This document shows, one piece after another, positions 20,759 to 32,395 of a stretch of 64,000 nucleotides of DNA. The stretch spans positions 128,001-192,000 of the forward strand of contig CAWJKT010000006.1 in NCBI GenBank assembly GCA_963843375.1, written 5' to 3'. The stretch's first letter is position 1. Every line of letters begins with the position of its first letter. The notes beneath the pieces were generated by a model. The model did no database searches, was not told the DNA's origin, and saw only the letters and a list, made by a program, of their open reading frames with translations. The DNA is from an uncultured Pseudomonadota bacterium (GTDB lineage: Bacteria; Oederibacteriota; Muellerivitia; Muellerivitales; Muellerivitaceae). The translations under genes were made by a program, and so were the position numbers.

Positions 20759-21146
20759 CTACTTCTTCAGCGCGATCAGATCCATCTCGATGCGGGCGTT
20801 CTTCGGAAGCGCCGCCACTTGTATCACCGCCCTAGCCGGGGGCTCACTCGTAAAAGTTTCGGCCAAAACCTTGTTCAAAGCCTCAAAATCCCCCAGGTCG
20901 GTCAAATAAACAGTTAACTTCACCGTGCTTTTTAAATCGGCAACCAGCCGCCTTCAAAACCGCCTCAAAATTATCCAGTATCCGCTTGGTTTGGATTGAA
21001 ATATCGCCATTAACAAGTTGACCTGTTTTGGGATCAAGGGGAATCTGGCCGGAACAGAACAGGAAGTCTCCCGCTTCAATGGCTTGGGAATAAGGACCGA
21101 TGGGTTTCGGCGCATCGGGCGAGACAATGACATTTCGTTCTTTCAT
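20759..21146 (-). CDS. ridA: RidA (YjgF/YER057c) family deaminase, frameshift near 20935
   Basis: [19 protein letters not shown], then [20 protein letters not shown] in the next frame. Confidence 0.88.
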
Positions 21147-21190
21147 TTTAAAGGGACATTCCTTTCGGCACAATTAAACCCGTGTTAATT

Positions 21191-23447
21191 TTATTTCGGT
21201 TCGATTCGGCGGGCGCTGACCACACCCTTGACCCGCTGCAACTTTTTCAATACTTTTTCCAGCTGGTCGGCCTTGGAAATGGCGATTACGAAATAACCCT
21301 GAGCCCAACCGCTTTCCGCCGCCTTGGCGTTGGCCTCATTGATAATCACCCCTTCTTCGGAGATGGCCAAAAGCATGTCGGCCAAAAGCTTTTCCCGGTC
21401 TTTCGCCTTGACCTCAATGGCCACCTCATAAATCTGTCCCGCGTTCCCTTCCCAGGAAACGGGAATCATCCGACTCTCGCCTTCAGGCAATTGCAGGGTA
21501 TTGGGGCAATCGGTGCGATGAATGGAGACACCCCGGCCTCGGGTCACATAACCCATGATGGGATCGCCCGGAACAGGGGTACAGCATCGGGCAAAGCGAA
21601 TGAGGAAGTCTTTTTGTCCCCCGATGGAAATACCCCTGGCGGACCCAGATGTTGTCGAAGGTGGAGCGGGGGTCTTGGCTAATTTGGTCTCAGTCCCCTT
21701 TTCCTCGTGTTTTTCATTTTTTTCAACTTTCGGATGGTCCTCGAGTTGGGTCTTTAATACTAGTTTGTTCAAAATCTGCTTGGGTGAAATTTCGCCATGG
21801 CCCGTGTTCGCCAAAAGCTCCTGGAGGCTATGGCAGCCAAAGTATTCCAGAAGGCTTTCAAATGCTCCCGATTTAAGGGACGCGTTGAAATCCACACCCA
21901 TCCGGACCGCCTCTTTCTCGATCATGTGCTTGCCCTTATCAACTTCATCGGCGGAAAGATGGGTTCTGAACCAATGTCGTATTTTGTTCTTGGCCCGGCT
22001 CGTGACGACGATTTTGAGCCAATCCCGGCTGGGAGTGCGGGAAGACTGGGTCAAAACCTCAACGATGTCGCTGTTTTTCAGCGTGTAACGCAGGGGAACC
22101 ATATGGCCGTTCACCTTGACCCCCATGCAATGCGTGCCCACGTCCGTGTGGACGGCGTAAGCAAAATCCAAGGCCGTCGCTCCGCGGGGCAATTCCTTTA
22201 CTTCGCCCTTGGGTGTAAAAACAAAAACCTCGTCATCAAAAAGATCAACCTTCATGGCCTCGGCAAATTCGGTCGTGTCCTTGATATCCTGTTGAAGGTC
22301 CAATAACTGGCGCATCCAGGCGAACTTCTGGTCTTCCTTCTCGGCCCCCCGCCCTTCCTTATAAATCCAGTGGGCGGCGATTCCCTCCTCGGCTGTCCGG
22401 TGCATCTCATAGGTGCGGATCTGGATTTCCACCGGCTGGCCCTCAGGCCCCATGACGGTGGTATGAAGACTTTGATACATGTTGTTTTTCGGCATGGCCA
22501 CGTAATCCTTGAACCGCCCCGGAAGAGGCTTCCAAATGGTATGGACCATACCCAAAACCTCATAGCATTCCTTCACCGTATTAGTTAATACTCGGATGGC
22601 CATCAGGTCGAAAATCTCATCGAAACCCTTTTGCTGCTGGTTCATCTTGTGGTAAATGCTGGTGAAATGCTTGGATCGTCCCTGGACCTGCGCGGTGATG
22701 CCCGATTCCTTTAATTTGTCCTCAATGATTTGAAGGACGCTGGCCAGGACCTTTTCCCGTTCGGCCTTCTTCATCGCGACTTTCTTGACCAAATCGTAAT
22801 AGACTTCCGGCTCAAGGTACCGCAAGCAAAGGTCTTCCAATTCGCTCTTGATTTTGGCGATCCCCAACCGGTGGGCCAGGGGGGCGTAAATATCCAGGGT
22901 CTCGCCGGGCCATCTTTTGCCGGCGATCCGGGGGGAGGAAATCAAGGGTGCGCATATTGTGAGTGCGATCGGCCAATTTGATCAGGATGACCCGAACGTC
23001 CTTGGCCATGGCCACCAGCATTTTGCGGGTGCTTTCCGCGTGAACGATGGCCGTGTCCTGGAACTGGCGGGTGGATATCTTGGTGACGCCTTCTACCAAG
23101 TTGGCGATTTCTTCGCCGAATTCCTTCTTGAGTTCCTCATAGGTAACTTTGGTATCTTCCAGAATGTCATGCAAGAGACCCGCCGCGATCGTCACTGAAT
23201 CCATGTTTAATTCCGCAAGGATGTCGGCCACCCCCACCAAATGGGTCAGGTAGTCATCCCCCGAAAGGCGCTGTTGACCTTCATGGGCTTTTTTGGCGAA
23301 CTCATAGGCTTTTTGAATAAGGGGCCGGTCAAGGGAACTTTCGGACGCGAGCACACCTGAGGAAGTGGAAGTCGATTTTTCCAGAAGAGCTTGAATACCC
23401 ATAGAAGATTGACCTAATAGCATTCCCCGGCCAAAGCCAAGGAACAC
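21191..23447 (-). CDS. rel: Bifunctional (p)ppGpp synthetase/hydrolase, frameshift near 22915
   Basis: HD domain LLHDILEDT, KLADRTHNMRTL, RFKDY, YQSLHT, EIQIRT, TGS, CC and ACT domains; start could be 23402. Confidence 0.95.
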
Positions 23448-23544
23448 CCTTTCATCTCATTAATTTAACACCGCCATGGGGCGGATGACAACTTTTCAGG
23501 AAAGAGGGCTAATTTGTCTGGTTTCCCGTCGATTGTTTCTATAT

Positions 23545-25440
23545 TCACTTACTCGGATTAACGCCCAAGGATTTCAAGTAAAAAATCACCTGAGGGTCGT
23601 TTGGATTCAAGGTATAGGCTTTTTTCCAGACGGCTAGAGCATCCCCTTTTCGCTTGAGCTGCATATAACAAACTCCCAGGTTTAAAAAGGTTTGGAAATC
23701 ATTTGGAGCATAGGTTAGATACTCCTCAAAACCTTTCGCGGATTCGTCATAGCGTTTCAGTTGGAATAGACAGACCGACATGGGCCATAGGAGCGCGGAG
23801 TAATTCGGGGTTGTTATTTCAGCTTTTTGAAAGAGTGCCAAAGCCTCTTCAGGCCGCCCTTGGTTTTCCCGGATCTGACCCATCGAAAGCAAATTTTCCA
23901 CAAAATTGGAATTGAGATTTAATGACTTTTCATAAGCTTGATAGGCTGCCTCGTTTTGACCCGCCACTTCCAACGCCTTTCCATAGGCGTTCCAGGCTTT
24001 TGGATTGACCGAAGAAAGCGAAACTAACCGGCCCCCATAATAAGCCGCCAGTTTTCCATGGCCCAATGAGGATTCACCCACCGTATCCCGAAAAGCGATG
24101 GATGCCGCCAGGGCCTTTAATCCGAAAACGGCGGGTATCAAAAGAGCTAGTGCTAAGAAAAATTTTTGAGTCGCCGAAATCGGCCCCGCGAAACGAGGGG
24201 CAGAGACCGTACGAAGCCCCAAAGGCGCCGCAAGAAAGAATCCAAATAAAACGGCGGTCGGCGCCACTTGGAGCGGAAAATTACTGAGGGATTGGACCAA
24301 CAAGGCGATTATTCCCCCGACGATTCCAATTAAAAATTCCTTTTCGTCATCTTTTGAGGAGGGATTCTTCAAGAAACCGCGGACCGATACCGCGTAAGCT
24401 ACAAGTAACGCGAGGAAAAGAAATAAGCCCGGCACTCCCCCCTCGGCCAAAAACTGCAGAAATTCGTTGTGGGCATGTTCCGAAAAAGTATAAGGGTGCT
24501 GGGGATAATCGGCCGGGGGCCAGGGTTTGGCCTGGTAAGCCGGAAATTGGATCCCCAATTGGCCTAATCCAATGCCCAACCAGGGATGGTCCTTTATGAT
24601 TTCCCAAACCACTTTGTAGAGGTCCACCCGTTGCTCAAAAGTGATTTGCTTAGCGCTGAATGCGGCCAGACCGCCGTGGCGGACCACATAGGCGCCCCCC
24701 GCGACGATTAAGATCGCGAAAGACACCAAAACAAATCGGACATTGCGTCGGAACAAGCCCTTTCCCCATGAAGATAAAAAAACGGCCAATAAGAAGATGG
24801 CGGCTACCCCCAATGCCAGAAAAGCCCCGCGGACACGCGTCATCCATAATCCCATCAGCAGAAAAAGGGTAACGGCCCGAAACCATAACCAAGATTCCTG
24901 ATGGCTGGAACGGATGGTTAAAATGAAAGCCAATGGAATTAACCCGGCTAAATACCCTCCTAAATAATCCGGATTTCCCAAAGTGGAAAAAGCTCGACTT
25001 TCAAAATGACTCGTCCAATCCACTTTTTCAGCACCGAAACTTTGGAATAAGCCGTGAATTGCCATCAGAGTAGCGGCGAGCAAAGCCAAATGGGCCAGCT
25101 TCTGGTAGGAAACTCCCTGGGAACAAGCGAAAACCACGGCAAGGAGGGTCCCGAAAATTAAAACAAGATGAATTGAGCCTTTCAAGACTTCCATCTTTAA
25201 TAGTCCAACGCCCAATGAATCCAAAACCATCCACGCGGTGAATAGAAAGGCGACTTGGATTAAAGGCTGGCGAAGAAGCCCCCGTCCCTCAAAAGCGACT
25301 TGAACCCCGAAATAGGCGACCACGAGCAGGCCGACCAATTCCTTGGAAAGGGTGAACCCGTCCGCCGCCCGGATGAAAAAGGCGAGGGGTACCCATGTCA
25401 GAAGAACAGAAACCATGATTTGCTGGAAGCGAAACATCAT
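23545..25440 (-). CDS. O-antigen ligase-like (Wzy_C) membrane protein with TPRs
   Basis: STLGNPDYLGGYL, VRGA, PWLGIGLG, HAHNEFLQ, C-terminal TPRs. Confidence 0.85.
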   Translation of the reverse strand: MMFRFQQIMVSVLLTWVPLAFFIRAADGFTLSKELVGLLVVAYFGVQVAFEGRGLLRQPLIQVAFLFTAWMVLDSLGVGLLKMEVLKGSIHLVLIFGTLLAVVFACSQGVSYQKLAHLALLAATLMAIHGLFQSFGAEKVDWTSHFESRAFSTLGNPDYLGGYLAGLIPLAFILTIRSSHQESWLWFRAVTLFLLMGLWMTRVRGAFLALGVAAIFLLAVFLSSWGKGLFRRNVRFVLVSFAILIVAGGAYVVRHGGLAAFSAKQITFEQRVDLYKVVWEIIKDHPWLGIGLGQLGIQFPAYQAKPWPPADYPQHPYTFSEHAHNEFLQFLAEGGVPGLFLFLALLVAYAVSVRGFLKNPSSKDDEKEFLIGIVGGIIALLVQSLSNFPLQVAPTAVLFGFFLAAPLGLRTVSAPRFAGPISATQKFFLALALLIPAVFGLKALAASIAFRDTVGESSLGHGKLAAYYGGRLVSLSSVNPKAWNAYGKALEVAGQNEAAYQAYEKSLNLNSNFVENLLSMGQIRENQGRPEEALALFQKAEITTPNYSALLWPMSVCLFQLKRYDESAKGFEEYLTYAPNDFQTFLNLGVCYMQLKRKGDALAVWKKAYTLNPNDPQVIFYLKSLGVNPSK

Positions 25441-25504
25441 TCAATTTTCCTCAAGGGTCGTAAATTACGGCCAAAACATTTTCGATAATACCACACCAAC
25501 ATTT

Positions 25505-27686
25505 TCATCCATGCTGAATGTCTGATATTGCCTTATCGAACTGGACCTTTTGCGCCTTCCAAAACTCTGAAAAAGGGTAAAGCTTCAGGACTTCATTTAA
25601 GCTCTCCCCGGCTTGTTCCCATTGGCGGCCCTGGGTGTCCTTAATGAATTCGGAAGCGGGTTGCGAAAAAAACAATACCAAATCGAATATCTCCGAGGAA
25701 TTCCTTGCCCGAGATTCCGAAAGGATGTGATAAACGACCTGGTAATTCTGCTGATAAATTATTTCCGTGTTCCCTTGGATAAATTCATCCAATCTTTTCC
25801 ATTCTTCAGGGGTTAAATCATAATGGTGGTAATTTGAAGATACCCTAATCCCTTCGGGGCCGTTGACCACCAGGTAATCTATGCCCATTTCCTTTAGGCA
25901 GCGGCCTATTCCTTGGGCGTCTTTCGCTTTCCGGGCCAAGACCGCCAATTCCTGTTCGTCAAATACGCTGTTGGTCAGGAATGGCCGGTCATAATAAAGG
26001 CCCCGTGCATCTCCCACCATCAGAAGTCCCGCATCTTGTGGAGTATTATTCGATAACCAGCGCGCCATGCTGAAATAGGGCGTGATTTTGCCTCGGCTCA
26101 GCATGTAATCGTCCCGAGTTTGGCGTCCCGACCAAACTCCGGCGCAACCCGAATAGTGGGCGCTAATGGCCGATAAATAACCAAAAGAAAGGATGGCCGA
26201 AACAGCCCCCGTCAGCGCAAGAATTTTTCCCCATTGGGGCTTGTTCCCTCCTCCCAGCGCTCCACCCAGCAAGACATAAATAAGGACAAAACCAGTCCCG
26301 AGAAGCCGCAGAACATGGGTCACACAAAAACCGAACGTAAAAAAACACAAGGTAATTATGGATAAAAACCTCAAAGCCGGATGCCGCAGCTTAAACAGGA
26401 AAAGGAATGGAATAAAAGCCAATGCCAGCGGCCCTGAAAAATCATATCCGTCCGGATTCGCCATAACCGCCTTCCAAGGAAGGTACAATAATTGCCATCC
26501 CTGGGCAATTCGACCTTGCTGTTCGGTCAAAAGCGCCTGATAAGACGCCGGTGTTAAATGGCGTCCGTCAAAAATGGAAACCAAGTACGGGAAAAAAGGG
26601 TTGCCGGTGAAAAAGAGATTTTTCAGGATCCAAGGGCCCGCTAAAAGGACGGCTCCAAGGGCGAGGGCCATCCCATGGCGAAAACGAAACGAGTTAAGCG
26701 ATCGCGGCTTAATAAGGATCGCCGCCAAAAAGGCGCATGCGATCATTAGCGCGGCGGTATATTTAATGGAAAAAGCCAGAGCCATAAAAAGCCCGGCCAC
26801 CGTCACCGAAGCTGGAGAAGGTTTAATACTCTTGAGGTTATCCTGCATAAAATAAAGGAAAACAACCAGAACAAATGCCAGTAACCCATCCACTTCAGTG
26901 CTCCAAGTGTTGAGGGCATAAACCGGCAAGGTTAGGACCAATCCCAGGGTGAGCCAACCCGCTTTCTCCCCCCCTATTTCCTTAGCCCATCCCCCCGCAA
27001 AAAGGGCGCAGAAACCAAAGGCCACCGCATGAAGCATCTTGGCCGATTCCGTTCCTTGAAAAACGAAACCGTTTAAATAAAAGAGCTTCCCCGCCAAAAG
27101 GAAAATTGGAAAAAAAATTAGTTGGAAAATCACAAATACCGTGGTGCAACAACCAGTATTGGGGAACCGCTAAGTGGTAAACCATGGAGTCGTAAAATGT
27201 TTCCGGAACAAGTCCATGGGCGATAGAAAAAAATAAATAAACCGCCCCCATCAGGAACAGGAATAAGTAACTGGGGTCCCTGGGAAAAGTTTTCGGAAGG
27301 TAACGGGCCGCCCCTATAACCAGCTGAATCATGTCGAGTAAAACTATCGCGCTCAAAAGAATAGCCACGGCAATAAAAAAAGGCTTAAACCAAATTCGGG
27401 CTAATCCCGAACCCAGCCATAGGAGTTCCCAAAATAAAATACCTAATCCGAATTCCGTTCCCCATTGGAGCCAGGCATTGGGAGGCTCAATGGGGAAAAA
27501 AAGACGAAGCCGCCGCCCCCAAGAAATGGTTGCCAACAAAATAAAAACCATCGCCAGCAAGATAAGAAACGATTCCCTAAAAACCAAAAACATTTTGGAC
27601 CCATCGGATGAATCGAAAGCGCCAAAATTAAAAGCCGCGGGTATCAAATCAAGCGCCGGACCAATAGACCAGAAGTAATAGCCCAA
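25505..27686 (-). CDS. GT-C fold (ArnT/PMT-like) membrane glycosyltransferase, frameshift near 27087; start uncertain
   Basis: PETFYDSMVYHL, SIKYT, GPWILKN..FTGNPFFPY, many TM segments. Confidence 0.72.
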
Positions 27687-27790
27687 TACGAATGCCGCCC
27701 AAAACCAAAAGGCCAGCAGAACCGGCCCTTTAGCCGGCAGTCGGCCGCCACAGGAGAATTGCGAGTGAATTCCAAGAATGATCCGCCCTT

Positions 27791-30028
27791 TTATTTGTTT
27801 TTTACCAAGAAATCCATTTTTTCAACCCAATAATCCTCGCCCGGAAAAAGAGTTAGTTCTTCGCTCAAAGCCCTCTTGGCTTCAGAAAACCGTCCATTTT
27901 TAAAACTTTCAATAAACTCGTGGGCCGGTTGGGAAAAAAACGAAAAAGGATTCACGATATTGTTCGACTCGGAACCCAAAGCGTCTTTTACTTTATAAAC
28001 GGCCAGATAATCCTTCCAATAAAGGGGTTCCAGGCCCATGCGGACAAAATCATTCAGCCTTTTCCACTCCATCGGGTTTAAATCATAATGATGATACTCG
28101 TTGGAAACCCTTTCGCCCTCGGATATGTTAAAGACGACATGGGTAATACCCAATTGGTGAAGACGTTTCCATATCCCGTATGCGTCCGTTTCTCCCCTTG
28201 CCGCAGCCGCGAAAAAAGGCTCGTCAAAAACGGAATTGGCATAAAAAGCCCTTCGATAATAAACTCCTCTCGCGTCCCCGACGATCAATAGCCTGGCGTC
28301 AGGCGGAAGGTTTTGGTCGGTCCAAACCACCAAGGGTTCATAAGGATTCAGCACCCGGCGGCCGAGATAATCTTCTTTTGTTTCCCTTCCAGTCCAAATT
28401 CCCATTCCGTTAAAAAAGCGCTCGCTCAGTCCAAGATAATAAACAAAAAACAATAAGGTTGAGAGAACCAACACCCCTCCCCACAAAAATTTCAGCCAAT
28501 TATTTTGCGGGGTTACCAAGGCCAGGGTTAATACCACAAAAGCCAATATGAATGCCGGCATGGAAAAACGAAGCATGTGTGAAAGGGTTAGCCCAAAAAC
28601 CATAGACAAAAACATCGTTTTGGTTAGAAACCCGATTGATTTGTTTTCAGTCCGGATAAAAAACAAAACCGGTAAAAAGGCCAGGAACAACGGACCGATC
28701 AATTGGCCGTCCCCCGACTGCGGCATGGTTAAACGCCAAGGCAAGTCAATAAAAGACCATATCCCTTGATCCATCGGCAGAAACTGTTGGTTTTCATGTA
28801 ATAGCCTCTGGTAACTCCAAGCGGGAAATTGTCGCCCACCCATCCATGATATTGCATAAGGGAAAAAAGGATTCCCCGCAAAACAAGCGTTTTTGACTAA
28901 CCACGGACCGACTTCCATGGCGGGAAGAGCGAAAAGCAAAAACCATATTTTTTTTATTCTGATGATCGGCGGGAATCCATATTGCCAAAGATAGGAAAAA
29001 AAGGACGCCCCTATTCCGACCACCGCTGTTGGTTTGATCGACAGGGCCAATCCCGCGAAGATGGCGGTTTTAGCTAACCAGGCTTCTTTTGGGGGATTAT
29101 CTTGGCAGGCTTTATCAAAGCAGTAGAAATAAAGGAAAAGCGAAAAACATAAAAGGCCGTCCACCCGGACAGCCAAGGAATTCAAAAAAAGCAGCGGGAA
29201 AGTGAATACGGCCGTTGTGGCAAAAACCCCGGCCAACAATCCCCCTATTTCCTTTACCCAACCAAAGACGCCTAACCCAATGAAAAATAAAACGGCGACG
29301 TTCAGCACTTTTGCGCCTTCAGTCCCCCCTAAAATAAAGCCATTCAGGAAAAAAAGGGATCCGCCATGAAAATAGCCCGAAAGCAGATGGGTCGGATAAT
29401 CCGAAATACCGTGTTGGAAAAGCCAGAAATTCGGAATCCCAAGGAAATAATTGAGGGAATCATAAAAAGTTTCCGGAAGTAAACTATGTAAAAGGAGAAA
29501 GACGAAATAACCGATCCATAAAACTAAGAAAAACCACGGAAATTCCATCCGCATAGGGAAAACGGGGAACCGAAAGGCCAAAACATCTTTAATTAAAAAG
29601 AGAGCTAAAAACACGATTCCAACCAACCACAAAGGCTCTATCCACAACCGGACAAGCCCCAAACCCATCCAAAGGGTATTGAAAGCAAATATTCCCAACC
29701 CAAAATCCAGACAAAAATTCATGGAATTTTTTGAATCCACACGCACAAGCCAATGCCGCAACTTATTCCCGGAGTTCCATATAAGTCCCACTACGATAAT
29801 GCCGGAAGCAATGTTTAAGAACGAGCCCCACCAATTCTTGATTCTTTCAGGAAAATCGCTGTTTGGGAGTCCGGTGGTATCTAAAAAGCCAATTAATGAA
29901 TGCAATGGGATTGGGAAATGATAAAAAAAGACCAGGTTAACTGCGAGGATCCAAAGGGTGAGAATGATAACAAATAACAAGTTTGAACTAAATTTCAAAG
30001 AAATCGGGGGGGGGAAGGGCACCAGCAC
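27791..30028 (-). CDS. GT-C fold (ArnT/PMT-like) membrane glycosyltransferase, paralog of its neighbour
   Basis: PETFYDSLNYFL, SIKPT, GPWLVKN..FAGNPFFPY, VGDARG.YY...NSVFDE. Confidence 0.75.
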   Translation of the reverse strand: MLVPFPPPISLKFSSNLLFVIILTLWILAVNLVFFYHFPIPLHSLIGFLDTTGLPNSDFPERIKNWWGSFLNIASGIIVVGLIWNSGNKLRHWLVRVDSKNSMNFCLDFGLGIFAFNTLWMGLGLVRLWIEPLWLVGIVFLALFLIKDVLAFRFPVFPMRMEFPWFFLVLWIGYFVFLLLHSLLPETFYDSLNYFLGIPNFWLFQHGISDYPTHLLSGYFHGGSLFFLNGFILGGTEGAKVLNVAVLFFIGLGVFGWVKEIGGLLAGVFATTAVFTFPLLFLNSLAVRVDGLLCFSLFLYFYCFDKACQDNPPKEAWLAKTAIFAGLALSIKPTAVVGIGASFFSYLWQYGFPPIIRIKKIWFLLFALPAMEVGPWLVKNACFAGNPFFPYAISWMGGRQFPAWSYQRLLHENQQFLPMDQGIWSFIDLPWRLTMPQSGDGQLIGPLFLAFLPVLFFIRTENKSIGFLTKTMFLSMVFGLTLSHMLRFSMPAFILAFVVLTLALVTPQNNWLKFLWGGVLVLSTLLFFVYYLGLSERFFNGMGIWTGRETKEDYLGRRVLNPYEPLVVWTDQNLPPDARLLIVGDARGVYYRRAFYANSVFDEPFFAAAARGETDAYGIWKRLHQLGITHVVFNISEGERVSNEYHHYDLNPMEWKRLNDFVRMGLEPLYWKDYLAVYKVKDALGSESNNIVNPFSFFSQPAHEFIESFKNGRFSEAKRALSEELTLFPGEDYWVEKMDFLVKNK

Positions 30029-30070
30029 TCCTAAAGACGGACAGTCATTGCTTGGATTTTACCCCAAAAT

Positions 30071-30105
30071 AAAAAAGCACCTTGTTTAAAACAAAGTGCT
30101 TTTTT
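30071..30105 (-). terminator. Intrinsic terminator after HU (symmetric A/T tracts)
   Basis: AAAAAAGCACCTTGT-TTAAA-ACAAAGTGCTTTTTT. Confidence 0.8.
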
Positions 30106-30127
30106 AATTATCTAGGCAAAACAGCTA

Positions 30128-30403
30128 TTAAGACAAAACCGCTTCTTTCAGATCCTTCAAAACTCGGAACTTTACGACTTTTTTAGCCGGTACATTAACC
30201 ATTTCACCTGTCCGGGGATTCCGGGCTAATCGGGCTTTCCGGTCTTTTAACTGGAATACTCCCAAGCCATCGAGCTTGATTTTGTATTCTTTCTTCAAGG
30301 TTTTATAGATCGTACTCCTTAAAGCCTGAAGAACATTGTCCACGTCCTTTTTTTTCAACCCTGTTTGCTCAGCTAACGTCCCCAGCAGTTCACTCTTGGT
30401 CAA
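30128..30403 (-). CDS. hup: HU family DNA-binding protein
   Basis: MTKSELL...GLGVF...RKARLARNPRTGE...PAKKVVKFR; TTG start with GGAGGT RBS. Confidence 0.93.
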   Translation of the reverse strand: MTKSELLGTLAEQTGLKKKDVDNVLQALRSTIYKTLKKEYKIKLDGLGVFQLKDRKARLARNPRTGEMVNVPAKKVVKFRVLKDLKEAVLS

Positions 30404-30435
30404 CGTCCACCTCCTGGATTTTGGAATCCGGCCTA

Positions 30436-30464
30436 TTTATACAAGAGTAAAAGAGACTTGGCAA
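30436..30464 (-). promoter_or_regulatory. Sigma70-type promoter of HU
   Basis: TTGCCA-17 nt (ending TG)-TATAAA. Confidence 0.55.
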
Positions 30465-30576
30465 GGATTTTCTGCCTTTTTTAAGGGTTTTTGCCCCTTT
30501 TGCCTTCCCTATACCCCCACAAAATCGGCTAATTGCTGGATGACAAAAGATAAAAACATTAGGGATTTATAAAGTT

Positions 30577-31161
30577 TTAAGCGGATAAATGTCGATGTAA
30601 AGTTCGCGGACTGACGCTCATAAGGTTTGCCAGCTGGGTTCGCTTGATTTTTTGCTGACTCAGTATTTGTTGAAGAAACGTCTTTGAAAACTCCCGCCGG
30701 GCTTGAAAAAAAGAGGTTTTTTGAACCAAAGCTTTCTCGGCAAAGGTTTCAGCTAAGTGAGAGACAAACGAATGGGAATAATTGTCATCTGAAGTTTGAG
30801 ATAGACAATCCAGGATTTTTTCCTTCAGAACTCTTTTGTCCTGTGTTGACCACAAAATATCGCAATTCCCCGCTTTTATGGCCGAAATGACATTTGCTAG
30901 ATCCGGAAGGCTAAATAAGGCGATTTTTTTAGCACCCACTTGAAAATTCTCGATATGAGAAAAAAGTGGAGAAAGGCGAGCTTGGTGGAGGGGCCAGTCC
31001 AATAAGAGAAGTTGAAAGGATTGTTTCTCCAGCAAGTTGAGGGCTGATTCGATGTCACCCACAGCAAAAACCAACCCTAAGGGTTCACAAATATCCTTAA
31101 GAATAGTCCGAAAATAGGTGTCATCTTCAAGTATTAGAATTTTTCCACTGTTTTTTGCCAT
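30577..31161 (-). CDS. Atypical response regulator: receiver plus Fis-type HTH, no AAA+ domain
   Basis: ILILEDD, LLLLDW, conserved Lys missing; C-terminal RTQLANLMSVSPRTLHRHL. Confidence 0.75.
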   Translation of the reverse strand: MAKNSGKILILEDDTYFRTILKDICEPLGLVFAVGDIESALNLLEKQSFQLLLLDWPLHQARLSPLFSHIENFQVGAKKIALFSLPDLANVISAIKAGNCDILWSTQDKRVLKEKILDCLSQTSDDNYSHSFVSHLAETFAEKALVQKTSFFQARREFSKTFLQQILSQQKIKRTQLANLMSVSPRTLHRHLSA

Positions 31162-31207
31162 AAGAACCCGCTTCCTTCTATCCGTAATAATTTAGCAAAA
31201 AAACCAG

Positions 31208-32365
31208 TTAATTGGGGAGAATTTTGATTTTCTTGGGTATAGGAAATGAGGGAAAAAAGATGGAAAAAGTGGAGCCTTTCCCAAGTTGACTTTTTACCGT
31301 CAAGTAACCTTTATGGTTTTCAACGACTTTTTGGCAAATAGCCAATCCTAATCCGCTTCCCAAACGCCCCTCTGAAAAGAAAGGTTTGAAAATCTTGCCC
31401 ATGTTTTCCGGGGAAATACCCTTGCCATTATCTTTAACCCGGATTTCGACCCAATTTGACCCATAAGCCGACTTGGCCAAAAACCGGGTTGATATTTCCA
31501 GGACACCTTTGGATCCAATCGCTTTTAAACCATTTTGCAGCAAATTGATGATTAAGCTTTTGAGTAGGCTTTCATCCCCTTTTAAAAACGCGCCTTTGGA
31601 CGCTTTAACCCTCAATTGAATTTTTTTGGAATAAAAAAGCGGACCCATCAATTGAGCCACTTGTTGAATAACTTCATTCAAATCGACCGTTTCCATTTTT
31701 TCATTACCAGTAGCCGAAAAATCCAATAAATCATTTGTTAAGCTGGAAAGTCGGCCTATTTCCCGATTCATTAATTTTTGAAATGAATCCATAAAAAGGG
31801 GATCCTCGCGTTTTTGCGGGAGTAATTGGATGAGCGTATCTAAGGCCGTAAGGGGATTTCTTATTTCATGAACCATGGCGGCGGACATCCAACCCAAATT
31901 ATCCTGGCGATTCAAAACCTGAAGATTTTCCCAAAGATGTTTTTGACTCAGATAATCGGAAACCCGATTCGCCGACATTTCCATCAAAATTTTATTCTCG
32001 TTTGTTAATTGAAATTCCCCCGATTTCAATCCCAGAACATAGCATGCCGCGATTTCTGCGTTGACCAAAATAGGCCAATAAAGTGTCCGAACTCCTGTTT
32101 TACCTTTGCTCCCGGAAGTTAATACCTTCTTTTTTTTAACCAGAACATTAAAGTTGGGATCTTTTTCGGGGAGTTTGTTTCTTTCTTTGGACGAATAGGA
32201 TTTAAACCCATTTTCGTCGCGAAAGAAAAGAACCGCGGAGGTTAAATTCAGGTGTTTTTCCAGCAGTCTGGAAAATCGGGAAAAAAAGTCCTGAGGGTTA
32301 TCCTTAAATGAAAATGGGCGGTACAGCTCTCGAAGAACCATTAACAATTTTAAGGAGGCGTCCAT
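31208..32365 (-). CDS. Cytoplasmic sensor histidine kinase (GAF-like, HisKA, HATPase)
   Basis: MVHEIRNPL, NLLQNG, DNGKGI, IFKPFFS, GSGLGL; no TM segment. Confidence 0.9.
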   Translation of the reverse strand: MDASLKLLMVLRELYRPFSFKDNPQDFFSRFSRLLEKHLNLTSAVLFFRDENGFKSYSSKERNKLPEKDPNFNVLVKKKKVLTSGSKGKTGVRTLYWPILVNAEIAACYVLGLKSGEFQLTNENKILMEMSANRVSDYLSQKHLWENLQVLNRQDNLGWMSAAMVHEIRNPLTALDTLIQLLPQKREDPLFMDSFQKLMNREIGRLSSLTNDLLDFSATGNEKMETVDLNEVIQQVAQLMGPLFYSKKIQLRVKASKGAFLKGDESLLKSLIINLLQNGLKAIGSKGVLEISTRFLAKSAYGSNWVEIRVKDNGKGISPENMGKIFKPFFSEGRLGSGLGLAICQKVVENHKGYLTVKSQLGKGSTFSIFFPSFPIPKKIKILPN

Positions 32366-32395
32366 GATACTCGAGTCCGAAATTAAAGGTTGGGT

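Noticed and set aside
27791..32365. AT-richer stretch as a horizontally acquired island
   Set aside because: Contains HU, has no integrase, tRNA or flanking repeats, and membrane-protein composition explains part of the bias
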